Origin: Bradymonadales bacterium
Lineage (GTDB): Bacteria > Bdellovibrionota > UBA2394
Assembly: GCA_007693605.1 (NCBI GenBank)
Contig: REDG01000060.1
Location: 1 to 37,005, forward strand
DNA: 37,005 bases
Direction of reading: 5' to 3'
The notes below the pieces were generated by a model. That model was given only the letters and a program-made list of their open reading frames with translations. It was not told where the DNA came from and searched no databases. Made by a program: the position numbers and the translations under genes. Positions 8,338 through 17,321 of this stretch are shown in pieces (within the stretch, counting starts at the first letter, position 1; every line of letters starts with the position of its first letter).

Positions 8338-10869
8338 ATGAAACCAACTTCATTGCCATTTTATCTCCTTTTATTCGTCTTTGCCCTTGCCTGCGGAGAG
8401 GGCACGGTGGCCCCTGGCGACCCTAGAGACTTTCTGGGTCAGTCCAACCCAAACCAGCCCATTCTTAAGGTTATCGGAGACTCAGAGATTGTTCTGGAAC
8501 GACACTTTGAGCCTTATGTCGAGCTTGGTGCGCAAGCTTCAAGTTTGAGCCAGGGCGATATCAGCGATCAAATTCTGATCTCAGGCAGTGTCAATCACTT
8601 CGTTGTGGGCGACTATCAGATTACTTATCGCCTCCCCCAACAGCAGGGGCAGACTTTCTTGACGACCACCCGCCTGGTTCGAGTGAGAGACCGGCTGCCG
8701 CCAAACGGAGAGATTCAGTTTGTGCCTCAGTTTGACTACAGTTCTGAACTTTCCACTGAGGGCTGGCTGACGGGAAGCGAAGGCCCTCGTCAGTTTAGCC
8801 TGATGGGGCAAGATCCTATCGATCCCATTACTCAGTATCGAGCTCGCTCATTTCACCGATCAGACGAGGAGGGGCCTTTTCCGGAGACTTTCTGTCAGAA
8901 TCAAAATTTATCTTCCGCTCCGGAGCGCCCGATTGGAGAAGCTTTTTCTTTGCAGGCACAAGATGGCTATCAAGTCGTTTGTGCCGTAGCAGGGGATGAG
9001 CACGGAAACTTTCAGTCCGGACAGGCGGTCTCACAATCTGCTCCTCTAAGAGTAGTTTCAGGCCAAGCCTTTCCCTTATCGGTTGCGAACTTTGATGAGA
9101 GTTTGACCAATGACTCAAACTTTCAGTTTTCTGTGCCCATCATGGCGACTGGAAGTGACTTTGAGAGAGCGGTTGAATACCAGGCCAAGCTAGTTAATGT
9201 TTCCAGCGGTGAAATATGTCAATCGGATCAGTTTTCAGACACTGATAGTTGGCGAGACATCTCTCAGCCCTTTAGTGGATCGATTGTTGTGGGCGATTTT
9301 CAGACAGAAGACTGGAAGCTTTGTGCGAGAGGGCGAAATGCCTTAGGAAATCTTACTCAACAAAGCTACTCAAACGAAGCCATTCGGATTGATCGAACTC
9401 CGCCGAGCCTTGAGTTTCAAGAGGGCAGGGAAGTCATTGTGTGGGAACTTTGCCAAGACTTCGTTTACGACGAGGCTTTGTATGCTCCTCAGGTTTGGGA
9501 TGATACCGGAATCTCGTCGTTCGGACTGCGAGCCTTTTTGAAGTCTGGTGAAGAGATTCCCATATCGAACGAAGGGGAAGTCGACTTCGCCGCCCTTGCC
9601 GTTCTTGGTTTTTTTGGAGGAAGCATTCAATATCTGGCGACCGATCTGGCTGGCAATCAGGCCTCTCTGAGCCAGACGGTTCAGTCGATCAAAGTGATCG
9701 AAGAGCTGGGGGGGCTTGTGCTCGATCAAGGCCTTCGCAAACCCGCTGACTTCTTAAGTTTAGGGACCAATGCGAGGGCGCTGCTTTGTCAGGACATCGA
9801 TTTTGGCGGAGAGGGGATTTCGGGTCTTGGAAGTCTTCAAGAACCTTTTCAGGGTGCGATTGTCGGACGAGAAAGCGCCAGTCGAATTGAGAACTTTAGA
9901 ATCGAGGCGTCGGCTGAAGATGCCCAAGGCTTTGTGCGCGTTCTTGGTGCAGAGGGCCGTTTGGATTTTCTAGAGTTTGACGGGGCCGAAGTGCTGGCAG
10001 CGAACTCAAGCGCTGCTGTCGTGGGTGTGAATTACGGAAGTCTGAGCCGAATTCGTTTAAGTAACTCAGTCGTGCGGGCTCAGAATCAATCTGGAGGCTT
10101 GGTCGGAGAAAATTTTGGTGTCATTGAAGATGCAAGAGTGCTCGCCAGCTCTGTTCGAGTGGCGAACGAAGGCGGAGGACTCGTCGGGAGGCAGCATCCA
10201 AACGCTCGAATCGATAGAGCTCTTGTAGACTTCTTAAGTTCTGTCATCAGTCTTGATGCGGTTCAATCGGTAGGGGGCTTGGTGGGTCGAAATTCTGGGG
10301 AGATATCGAGATCGGCAAGCCTTGAAATGCAGGTGGGAGACTTCGATTCACTCGAGCCCCAGCTCACGCAAGTGGGAGGCCTGGTGGGTGTGAATGATTT
10401 AAGCGGAACAATTTTGAATTCCTATTCTCGAGCCGAGGTCAGAGGGCAAAGTCGACTGGGCGGTCTGGTGGGTCGAAACATGGGCTCCGCCTCTGTTGGC
10501 TACAGCTATGCTCTGGGCGGATTTGGTCTGTCGATCGAGCTTGACGGAGAAGACTATGCCAGTGACTTTCAAATTGGCGGTCTTGTGGGTTTCAACTCTA
10601 GTTTGAACTCTGTGCTTTCTTCCTACTGGAACATTGATTTGTATGGCTTCTTTGCTGAGGGCATCGATCCGAATCGCTACGGCATCGGCATCACCGACGA
10701 CCAGATGCGCGGTTGGCCAGCGGACGAAGAGTCCTCTGAAGAAGGGGGTGAACAAAGTGATTCATCCGCTGTTCAGACTTTCGACGACTGGGATTCTGAA
10801 CTCTGGAGTTTTGAGCTGGGCAGTTATCCAGAGCTAAAATGGATTCTCGATGAGGATGCCTTTTTCTAG
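8338..10869 (+). CDS. large surface lipoprotein: DUF5011/Ig-like domains plus GLUG-motif repeat region
   Basis: Lipobox FALAC; DUF5011-like segment (PILKVIGDSEIVLE...GDISDQILISGSVNHFVVGDYQITY); Cys-containing Ig-like repeats (VCAVAGDEHGN, LCARGRNALGN); six GGLVG repeats; typical C-terminal W..W....YPEL.W. Confidence 0.8.
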   Translation: MKPTSLPFYLLLFVFALACGEGTVAPGDPRDFLGQSNPNQPILKVIGDSEIVLERHFEPYVELGAQASSLSQGDISDQILISGSVNHFVVGDYQITYRLPQQQGQTFLTTTRLVRVRDRLPPNGEIQFVPQFDYSSELSTEGWLTGSEGPRQFSLMGQDPIDPITQYRARSFHRSDEEGPFPETFCQNQNLSSAPERPIGEAFSLQAQDGYQVVCAVAGDEHGNFQSGQAVSQSAPLRVVSGQAFPLSVANFDESLTNDSNFQFSVPIMATGSDFERAVEYQAKLVNVSSGEICQSDQFSDTDSWRDISQPFSGSIVVGDFQTEDWKLCARGRNALGNLTQQSYSNEAIRIDRTPPSLEFQEGREVIVWELCQDFVYDEALYAPQVWDDTGISSFGLRAFLKSGEEIPISNEGEVDFAALAVLGFFGGSIQYLATDLAGNQASLSQTVQSIKVIEELGGLVLDQGLRKPADFLSLGTNARALLCQDIDFGGEGISGLGSLQEPFQGAIVGRESASRIENFRIEASAEDAQGFVRVLGAEGRLDFLEFDGAEVLAANSSAAVVGVNYGSLSRIRLSNSVVRAQNQSGGLVGENFGVIEDARVLASSVRVANEGGGLVGRQHPNARIDRALVDFLSSVISLDAVQSVGGLVGRNSGEISRSASLEMQVGDFDSLEPQLTQVGGLVGVNDLSGTILNSYSRAEVRGQSRLGGLVGRNMGSASVGYSYALGGFGLSIELDGEDYASDFQIGGLVGFNSSLNSVLSSYWNIDLYGFFAEGIDPNRYGIGITDDQMRGWPADEESSEEGGEQSDSSAVQTFDDWDSELWSFELGSYPELKWILDEDAFF

Positions 10870-11889
10870 GTCCCAATAATAAAGAATGAGATCATCATTA
10901 CTCACCTCAAATCGTCCCAACTGGGTACGAAAGCTGTTGGTACTCGCCTTGAGAACGCCCCCTTTTAGCTCAAGAATCTGATTGTAAAACCCGAGAGCTC
11001 CAGGAATCGGAATTCTTTGAGACTGCCAAGCTCCATTCTTCAGCTCAGCGATTCGAAGCTCCAGCCTCCATGCATCGAGGTAGACCAGTCCAAAATTCTG
11101 TTCGTCTTGAAAGACGGCCATATCCATCCCTCGATAGCTTTCTCCCGGTCGGCCGTCGATGACTCTCTTTCTGATCTCAGGTGTCCAGTCGACATGAATC
11201 AACTCCCCCGTGTATTCGTTTAGAAAAATCACCTGCAGCTTGTCATTCCAATGACCGATCCAGGCGTATTGAGTTCGAACGGCCGGATGAAGTCTCTCAG
11301 ATCGGATGGGGTCCTTCTGGCAGAAAGGCATTTCAACAAAGATAACTCCCTGTTCGTCATTGGCCACGAGATAGAGTAGGCCGTTAGAAGCATAACTCGC
11401 GACCACTTGAACGGGAAGGCTGGCAAGCTCTGTAATCTCCGCTTCTGGACTGAAGCAGGCGAAGTGCGATTGCCCCGACAGACTTTCGTAGAAAACTTGA
11501 GCCTTCTGGTCCATCCAATGAAAACCTTGAAGCCTCTCCATCTCGAGATTCAGTTGGGCGTGTTCTCTTCCGTTTCGGTAGTGCAAGCGACTCCCGACTC
11601 GGTATACGAGATGACCCCCCTTCTGCCAAATCAGGTCCTTGGCGTCAGTGGCTTCTTCGTCTATCACCTCAATCCGTCGATCGGAGAGTCGAACGCGAAC
11701 AAGTCCCCGCCGAGGAGCATCGGAGTCGCGTATGACGGTGTAAAGCTGATCACTTGAAGTCGCCTGGCTATACTCCCCGATATTCCACTCTGGATAAACC
11801 AACTCGAAAGCGGGTCGCTCAAAACCAGATGGACCCTGACAGCCCGCAAGAAGAAGGGCCCACCCGAAAATCTGACAACAAAACTTCAT
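10834..11889 (-). CDS. lipoprotein, probable beta-propeller-like fold
   Basis: Lipobox LLAGC and repeated short beta-strands. 4-bp overlap with the upstream gene. The fold is inferred. Confidence 0.7.
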   Translation of the reverse strand: MKFCCQIFGWALLLAGCQGPSGFERPAFELVYPEWNIGEYSQATSSDQLYTVIRDSDAPRRGLVRVRLSDRRIEVIDEEATDAKDLIWQKGGHLVYRVGSRLHYRNGREHAQLNLEMERLQGFHWMDQKAQVFYESLSGQSHFACFSPEAEITELASLPVQVVASYASNGLLYLVANDEQGVIFVEMPFCQKDPIRSERLHPAVRTQYAWIGHWNDKLQVIFLNEYTGELIHVDWTPEIRKRVIDGRPGESYRGMDMAVFQDEQNFGLVYLDAWRLELRIAELKNGAWQSQRIPIPGALGFYNQILELKGGVLKASTNSFRTQLGRFEVSNDDLILYYWDLEKGILIENPF

Positions 11890-13589
11890 CGCTGGCTCCC
11901 CACCCTATTAAACTCAGAATAATTGAAATGCATCAGCAAAAGGTTTTCTTTCACTTCAATGCCAATCAGTTCGACGGGTGCTTGGTCAAAGACGCTCAGC
12001 ATGACGAAGAGCTGAGGATTTTGCCGAAAGAATGTGGTCCAGATTCGTCGAGCTAAGTCTTCAAAAAGCTCCAGGTCTGGTTCCGTAAATCGTCTCTGAA
12101 ACTGACCTTGATTGGATAGCTGGATCTCAAAGCTGTCCGGATCAATAGCCAGGTTAAGGCTCGTGCCTGCGCCTTCTGCTCCGGGCATCCAGCCAAGAAC
12201 GGGTCGTGCATTCACTCTCACCTGAGCCTGCAGTTCGGCGGTCGGAATCACCCGGTCTTTGATTCGTATGCCGGCGCTCAGAAAGTAGTCTGAAACGAGG
12301 AGTTCAAGTCGGTTGGGTTCAAAGCGCAGTTGAGGAGCCGTTCGAGAACCCAGGCCCATATGAAGCCGAAGGTTTCTCAGATTTTCAAAGACGACGCCTT
12401 CGAGAAGCACGCCAAGGTGTCCTTCCGCCTCAAACTCTTGCAGTTCAGACAAATGCGTTGCCACCAGGGCCTGATTGATTAAGTCGCCCGAAATCAAAAG
12501 GCTCAAATCAGCCTCTCGCCTAGGCAGGGAGGGTCTAAAAAACTCTGCGTCAGGTAATCCTTCTCCTGCCAAGAGTTGAGACTCCAAGACTTCAACTAGT
12601 CGTCTTGTGTCACTCTGTTCATGCCCCTCTGCCAGAGCGATTTGGCGCAGCTCCTGATCCGTGACAAAGACGGCATTCAAATAGAGTTCGAGTTGATCGC
12701 GTCCGATAAAGACAGACTGAGACCGTCTGGGATAAAAGCTGAAAGCCACATCCGTTCTTCGTCTGGCCCCTCGGTTTCTTAGGCTAAAAAGGTCTTCTTC
12801 TACCCCAAGCGGGCTTTCTCGCCACAGGGGGTGATCCTTTAAGATCTCTGAAAGGCTCTGCGTAAACACCAAGCCCCTCAGTTGCTCTCGAATCTTTGAT
12901 GAGATGAAGGGGGGAATGCTCTCTTGGGCAAGCTCTAAGGCCAGTTCCTTGCTTTGATCTAGGTTGAGAAAGGCAGAAGATCCGGTGAAGACTCTGTCCC
13001 CAGTTTGGTCCGTCCACTTGATCTGTAACGCTCTCTTCAACGACTCTCCGACGAGTTCGGAGTCGTCCATGCGAACACTCAGGTCTTTTGGGTGGATGAA
13101 GTATCGAGCCAAAAAACTCGAATCCTCTTGGACCTCAATCCTCAATCGCATGATGTGGGTTAAACTCTCAACCGGCCGACTCGACGAAGGACAGCCTGCC
13201 AGCAGCTCCGCGTCGATAAACAGATGTTGCACTGAAAGTTCCAACTCGATCTCTTCACCAGCCAGACTTTTCCAGGTGGCGTGTTCGATCTGAAACTCGA
13301 TTCGAGATCGCACAAAAACCTCGGCGGTGGACAAGTCTATCAGAGTGGGCAAAGAGCCGCTCTCGGAGCTTCGAGATGCGTCTTGATTCCCTAGCAATTC
13401 CTTACTACAGAAGCTGAACTCTCGTTGTGCGCCCTGTTCATTGATGCTCATCACGAGTTTATCAATAAAGCTCTGGCGAATGATGATTCCCAGAGGCTGG
13501 GGGTTGGCGGCCTCCAAACAACAGAACGCCTTCAAGACAACGAGGGCAACGGTCGCGATGCCTGTTCTGCATTTCAGTCTAGAATTCAT
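11886..13589 (-). CDS. secreted protein with BPI/LBP (TULIP superfamily)-like motifs
   Basis: Signal peptide; N-terminal NPQPLGIIIRQSFIDKL; internal DLSLLISGDLINQALVA; C-terminal VELIGIEVKENLLLMHFNY. Long ORF coupled to both neighbours. The CDS is certain, the family call is tentative. Confidence 0.55.
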   Translation of the reverse strand: MNSRLKCRTGIATVALVVLKAFCCLEAANPQPLGIIIRQSFIDKLVMSINEQGAQREFSFCSKELLGNQDASRSSESGSLPTLIDLSTAEVFVRSRIEFQIEHATWKSLAGEEIELELSVQHLFIDAELLAGCPSSSRPVESLTHIMRLRIEVQEDSSFLARYFIHPKDLSVRMDDSELVGESLKRALQIKWTDQTGDRVFTGSSAFLNLDQSKELALELAQESIPPFISSKIREQLRGLVFTQSLSEILKDHPLWRESPLGVEEDLFSLRNRGARRRTDVAFSFYPRRSQSVFIGRDQLELYLNAVFVTDQELRQIALAEGHEQSDTRRLVEVLESQLLAGEGLPDAEFFRPSLPRREADLSLLISGDLINQALVATHLSELQEFEAEGHLGVLLEGVVFENLRNLRLHMGLGSRTAPQLRFEPNRLELLVSDYFLSAGIRIKDRVIPTAELQAQVRVNARPVLGWMPGAEGAGTSLNLAIDPDSFEIQLSNQGQFQRRFTEPDLELFEDLARRIWTTFFRQNPQLFVMLSVFDQAPVELIGIEVKENLLLMHFNYSEFNRVGSQR

Positions 13590-14946
13590 AATGAAACGAA
13601 ACTCCTAAACGACTCACCCCAGACCGGTAAGTTCCATCCGTGGGTGGAGGTTGAAAGAGGCGAAGCTCTGAGGCCGAATGAGCCTCGGTCGCCTTCCGAC
13701 GAAACGCAAAGGAATGAGCGAACTCTGCTCCCAATACGGAATTTGGGCTGAGTCGATAGCGGCCTAAGACGCCCAGCCCGATCGAGTTGAAACTCGCTCG
13801 AGTGATCGACAGCATATGGTCGGGAGTGTTGTGGCTTTGGTAGTCAATTCGGCTCGCAAAACTCAGTCGCCGCGAAAAACTAAAGCTTTGCAGACTTCCA
13901 ATCATCCACTGATCTTTGGGTCGCAGGCCTGGAATTTCCTGACCCTTTAGAGGCAACAGACTGGAGTCGGTGAACCTCACAGACGCGAAACGAATCATAG
14001 AACTAAAAAGATAGCGCCCAAAAAACTCCGTCGTCCAGTATCCAAAGGGCTGGTATCGAAGAGCGACATTCAGGGCGAGCGGACTTTGCATTTTCACTTG
14101 GCCTTCATTCTCAATGCCATCAAGCATGCCTACAGCCGCCTGAGCGGGACCAAAGGCCTCGAGTGCGGTTGGACTCGAGCTGTGAATGATCGTTTTGAAG
14201 TTGTACTGAATCGGAAGATATAGAGAAGCCCCCAAGGACCACTGAACGCTTGGACGGTAGAGAACTCCAAAGCTTCCGCCAAAGCCAAGCGTTGAGCTCA
14301 ACGGGATCGAGGCTCGCGAACTCATGGCGGGGTGTTCACGAAGAACCTGATCCTCTTCGATGAACTCGGACAGAAAGGGGGTGAGGTCGACATCGGTCTC
14401 AAGTCGAATAAAGGCGAGACTGAAAATGGATGAGACTCCCACAGACCATTGATCGTTGATCTGATAGGCGAGGCTCAGCTGGTGGTTCCAGGGCACGAAC
14501 AGGCCCTCAACGAATTCGTATCGTTGCGATCCTGTTTCAGAGAACTTACCCATGGCTCCCGACGGAAAGTAGTTGGCGTAACCAAATCGAAAGCGAGAGC
14601 TGCCCAGGCTAGAGGCGATAAAGATCGATGGAGCGCCCGCGATGGTTCTTGCCGTACTGGAGGCATGTGGGGTGTTTGAATAGCGGTCATCGCCTTGGCG
14701 ATCATAGGTCAGCCAGCCCCCGATCAGTTGAGCTTGAATCTCAAACTCCGTCCTGTCGATGGGTCCAATGCTTGCCGGATTCCAAAAGACATTGCGAGAG
14801 CCCTGTCGGGCGGCTGTCGCGCCAAGGCCGCCGACAGAGCCTGAGAGGCTCGTGGCCGACAGAGCTTCGACCCAAAGCCCCATGATCGCCAAGAGAGTAA
14901 AGAGTCTCCGCATTGATCCGGACCATAGACCAGGGGAAGGCGGCAT
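13579..14946 (-). CDS. FadL/TodX (OmpP1) family outer-membrane hydrophobic-compound transporter
   Basis: Signal peptide (likely start 14913, MRRLFTLL...), FWNPASI (NPA motif of the FadL hatch region), beta-strand pattern and C-terminal VSFHYEF. Confidence 0.8.
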   Translation of the reverse strand: MPPSPGLWSGSMRRLFTLLAIMGLWVEALSATSLSGSVGGLGATAARQGSRNVFWNPASIGPIDRTEFEIQAQLIGGWLTYDRQGDDRYSNTPHASSTARTIAGAPSIFIASSLGSSRFRFGYANYFPSGAMGKFSETGSQRYEFVEGLFVPWNHQLSLAYQINDQWSVGVSSIFSLAFIRLETDVDLTPFLSEFIEEDQVLREHPAMSSRASIPLSSTLGFGGSFGVLYRPSVQWSLGASLYLPIQYNFKTIIHSSSPTALEAFGPAQAAVGMLDGIENEGQVKMQSPLALNVALRYQPFGYWTTEFFGRYLFSSMIRFASVRFTDSSLLPLKGQEIPGLRPKDQWMIGSLQSFSFSRRLSFASRIDYQSHNTPDHMLSITRASFNSIGLGVLGRYRLSPNSVLGAEFAHSFAFRRKATEAHSASELRLFQPPPTDGTYRSGVSRLGVSFHYEF

Positions 14947-15017
14947 ACAAGCCGCAAAATGGGCTCTAATTTATCGAAATCTTTGGGAATTTTGCCTCAT
15001 TCTGATATGTTCTAGCC

Positions 15018-15593
15018 GTGGGATTTTTCGCTCTAGGAAAGAGAATTCAGAGCCTTCGAAACGAGCGCTCTTTCAGTCTAGAGGATTTGTCCCGAGAGTC
15101 AGAAATTTCTGTGGCAGAGCTAGAAAGTTATGAGGCAGATCTCAGTGCGCCTCGAATTGCCCATTTGGTTCGTTTGTCGAAGGCTTTGCATGTGAATGTT
15201 GCAGACTTTTTTCGAGAGAGGCCGGCGACCAAAGATTTTGAAATCTCCAGAGCTAAGGGCCGAACTCGCAGAAGCCCACTGGTTAGCCCCTCAGATTCAG
15301 GAGTTAAAGAGTATCAGTACGAGGCACTGACCTCTTCTGATGGGAGTCAGCATATGGATGCCTATCTGATTGAGTTGCCGCCCTTTCAGGCGGAGCGACC
15401 TCATCCCGACCAGAGCCATCCTGGAGAAGAATTCGTCTATGTGATTGAAGGCCAGATCGAAGGACATATCAACGGACAGCACATTGTTTTAGAGGCGGGG
15501 GATTCCATTTACTTTCGATCCAAGTCCTCGCACTCTTTCTTCAATCCGAGCGAGCGAGTGGCCAGAGCTCTTACGGTGATTTACCCCTACTAG
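15018..15593 (+). CDS. XRE-family HTH regulator with C-terminal cupin domain
   Basis: LGKRIQSLRNERSFSLEDLS...YEADLSAP HTH, then cupin HPGEEFVYVIEG...LEAGDSIYF.S...H. Confidence 0.92.
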   Translation: MGFFALGKRIQSLRNERSFSLEDLSRESEISVAELESYEADLSAPRIAHLVRLSKALHVNVADFFRERPATKDFEISRAKGRTRRSPLVSPSDSGVKEYQYEALTSSDGSQHMDAYLIELPPFQAERPHPDQSHPGEEFVYVIEGQIEGHINGQHIVLEAGDSIYFRSKSSHSFFNPSERVARALTVIYPY

Positions 15594-17040
15594 AGGGCAC
15601 TTCAAAGTCGAGATAGAACTGAGCTCCACCTGAACGAACGATATGAAACACAATGTTCTCTCCGTCTTCGAGTTCTTTGATCAAATTTTGATAGGTCTCT
15701 AGGTTGGTTAGATTCAGGCTTTTGCCTCCGCGAATGATTCGACGAATCTCATCGTCTGGAAACACTCCCGACTGATGGTCTGGTCGAATGGCGACCACTC
15801 TTAGACCTCTTCCGGCTTCTTTGGGCTCTTCTAGAAGGAGCCCCAGCCGGTCAAAACTCGGTCCATCCTCCATGGGCAGGCTAGGGCTGCCGTCTTCATC
15901 CAGGGCCCCCAGTTGAACGGATAGGGTCATTCTCTTTCCATCTCGAATGACTTCCACCTGCACCTCTTGGTTTGGCTTCGAGCGGCCGATGACTCGTTGA
16001 AGCGAACGGGAGTCCTCAATCCGAGTCTGGTCAACGCGGACGATAATGTCCCCCGGTTTCAAGGCGCTTCGAGCAGAGGGGCCATCTTCCACGATATCGT
16101 TGACCACCACTCCGTTTCTGCTCTGCAAACCCAAGCCCTCTTTCATCGCTTCAGTGATGTCTTGAATCATGACGCCCAAATAGCCACGGGCGACGGCTCC
16201 TCTTTCAAGAAGTTGAGGAATGATCTCTTTTACGACATTGATTGGAATTGCGAACCCGATTCCACTCCCCTGAGCGGGAGAGATGATCGCCGTGTTCATT
16301 CCAATCACCTCTGCTCGGGTGTTGACGAGAGGACCGCCAGAGTTTCCGAAATTGATGATCGCGTCGGTTTGTATAAAATCATCAAAGCGACGATTTTCGT
16401 TGGGGCTAATCTCTCGCCCCTTAGCAGAAACAATGCCCACTGAAACGGAATGGTCCAATCCGAAAGGATTACCAAAGGCCATCACCCAGTCTCCCTTTTT
16501 AAGAGAGTCACTGTCTCCGAGATAAGCAAAGGGGAAGTCTCTTTCCGACTCAATCTTCAAAATGGCTACATCGGTTCGTGGGTCTCGACCAATGATTTGG
16601 GCGACAAAGTTCTCTTGCTGAGGCTGCCTTTGGCTGCCATGAAAAGTTGTCACCGTGACTTCGACACGATCAGCACCCTCAATCACATGATTGTTCGTGA
16701 GAATATGTCCCTTCTTTGAAAACAAAAATCCTGTGCCCATCGATCGTCGAGGAATTCTTTGGCCTGGCCCTCGAAAGAAGCGTTCAAAGAGCTGCTCCGG
16801 ACTCATAAAAGGCCCAAACGGGCCTTCAGTGCCCGGATCCATGGCGGCCGCCTCCACTGAGGTTGAAATGTTCACCACAGAAGAATCCACCTGCTCAATG
16901 ATCGGCCGCAGACTCGGAAGTCGCACGAGTTCAGGAGCCCGCGAACCTCGCTCTTCCCAAGGCTTTGCACTCAATGTGCCTGCCAAGATGAGAAGTCCGA
17001 GAGCAAGAACTGAAACAAAGGGCTTTCGGTTCAGAATCAA
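15571..17040 (-). CDS. HtrA/DegP (Do) family serine protease with two PDZ domains
   Basis: Catalytic triad motifs TNNHV, DPRTDVA and INFGNSGGPL; RGYLGV PDZ; signal peptide. Confidence 0.95.
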   Translation of the reverse strand: MILNRKPFVSVLALGLLILAGTLSAKPWEERGSRAPELVRLPSLRPIIEQVDSSVVNISTSVEAAAMDPGTEGPFGPFMSPEQLFERFFRGPGQRIPRRSMGTGFLFSKKGHILTNNHVIEGADRVEVTVTTFHGSQRQPQQENFVAQIIGRDPRTDVAILKIESERDFPFAYLGDSDSLKKGDWVMAFGNPFGLDHSVSVGIVSAKGREISPNENRRFDDFIQTDAIINFGNSGGPLVNTRAEVIGMNTAIISPAQGSGIGFAIPINVVKEIIPQLLERGAVARGYLGVMIQDITEAMKEGLGLQSRNGVVVNDIVEDGPSARSALKPGDIIVRVDQTRIEDSRSLQRVIGRSKPNQEVQVEVIRDGKRMTLSVQLGALDEDGSPSLPMEDGPSFDRLGLLLEEPKEAGRGLRVVAIRPDHQSGVFPDDEIRRIIRGGKSLNLTNLETYQNLIKELEDGENIVFHIVRSGGAQFYLDFEVPSSRGKSP

Positions 17041-17321
17041 GTCTCGCTCTTTCCGGTCTTTTCGACAAACTTAAGGCGAGCCTCGTAGATGACTCCTTGA
17101 AGTAGTTTCTCTTCTGACTCACTCAAGTTGCCCTTTGTCTTTTCGACCAAGAGCTCCAAGATGGAAATGTTCTGCTTTGCGCTTGTCAAATCAATGTCCT
17201 TTTTCTTAGTGATGGGGTCTTCCAGCTCACCGAGTGACATCAGGGCTGCCGATCCCACAGAAATAACAAACATCTCGAAGCTAATGCCGTTGGCGTCTTT
17301 TTCTGGCTGATGGGTGTTCAC
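17037..17321 (-). CDS. DUF1844 domain protein
   Basis: FEMFVISVGSAALMSLGELEDP...DLTSAKQNISILELLVEKTKGNLSESEEKLL matches the DUF1844 pattern. Confidence 0.88.
   Translation of the reverse strand: MNTHQPEKDANGISFEMFVISVGSAALMSLGELEDPITKKKDIDLTSAKQNISILELLVEKTKGNLSESEEKLLQGVIYEARLKFVEKTGKSET

Noticed and set aside
10090..10600. Recurring GGCGGTCTGGTGGGT-like DNA repeats
   Set aside because: Fully explained by the GGLVG (GLUG) protein repeats.
15967..17074. Plus-strand ORFs opposite degP, and similar shadow ORFs across the window
   Set aside because: Antisense to well-supported genes and expected from codon structure.
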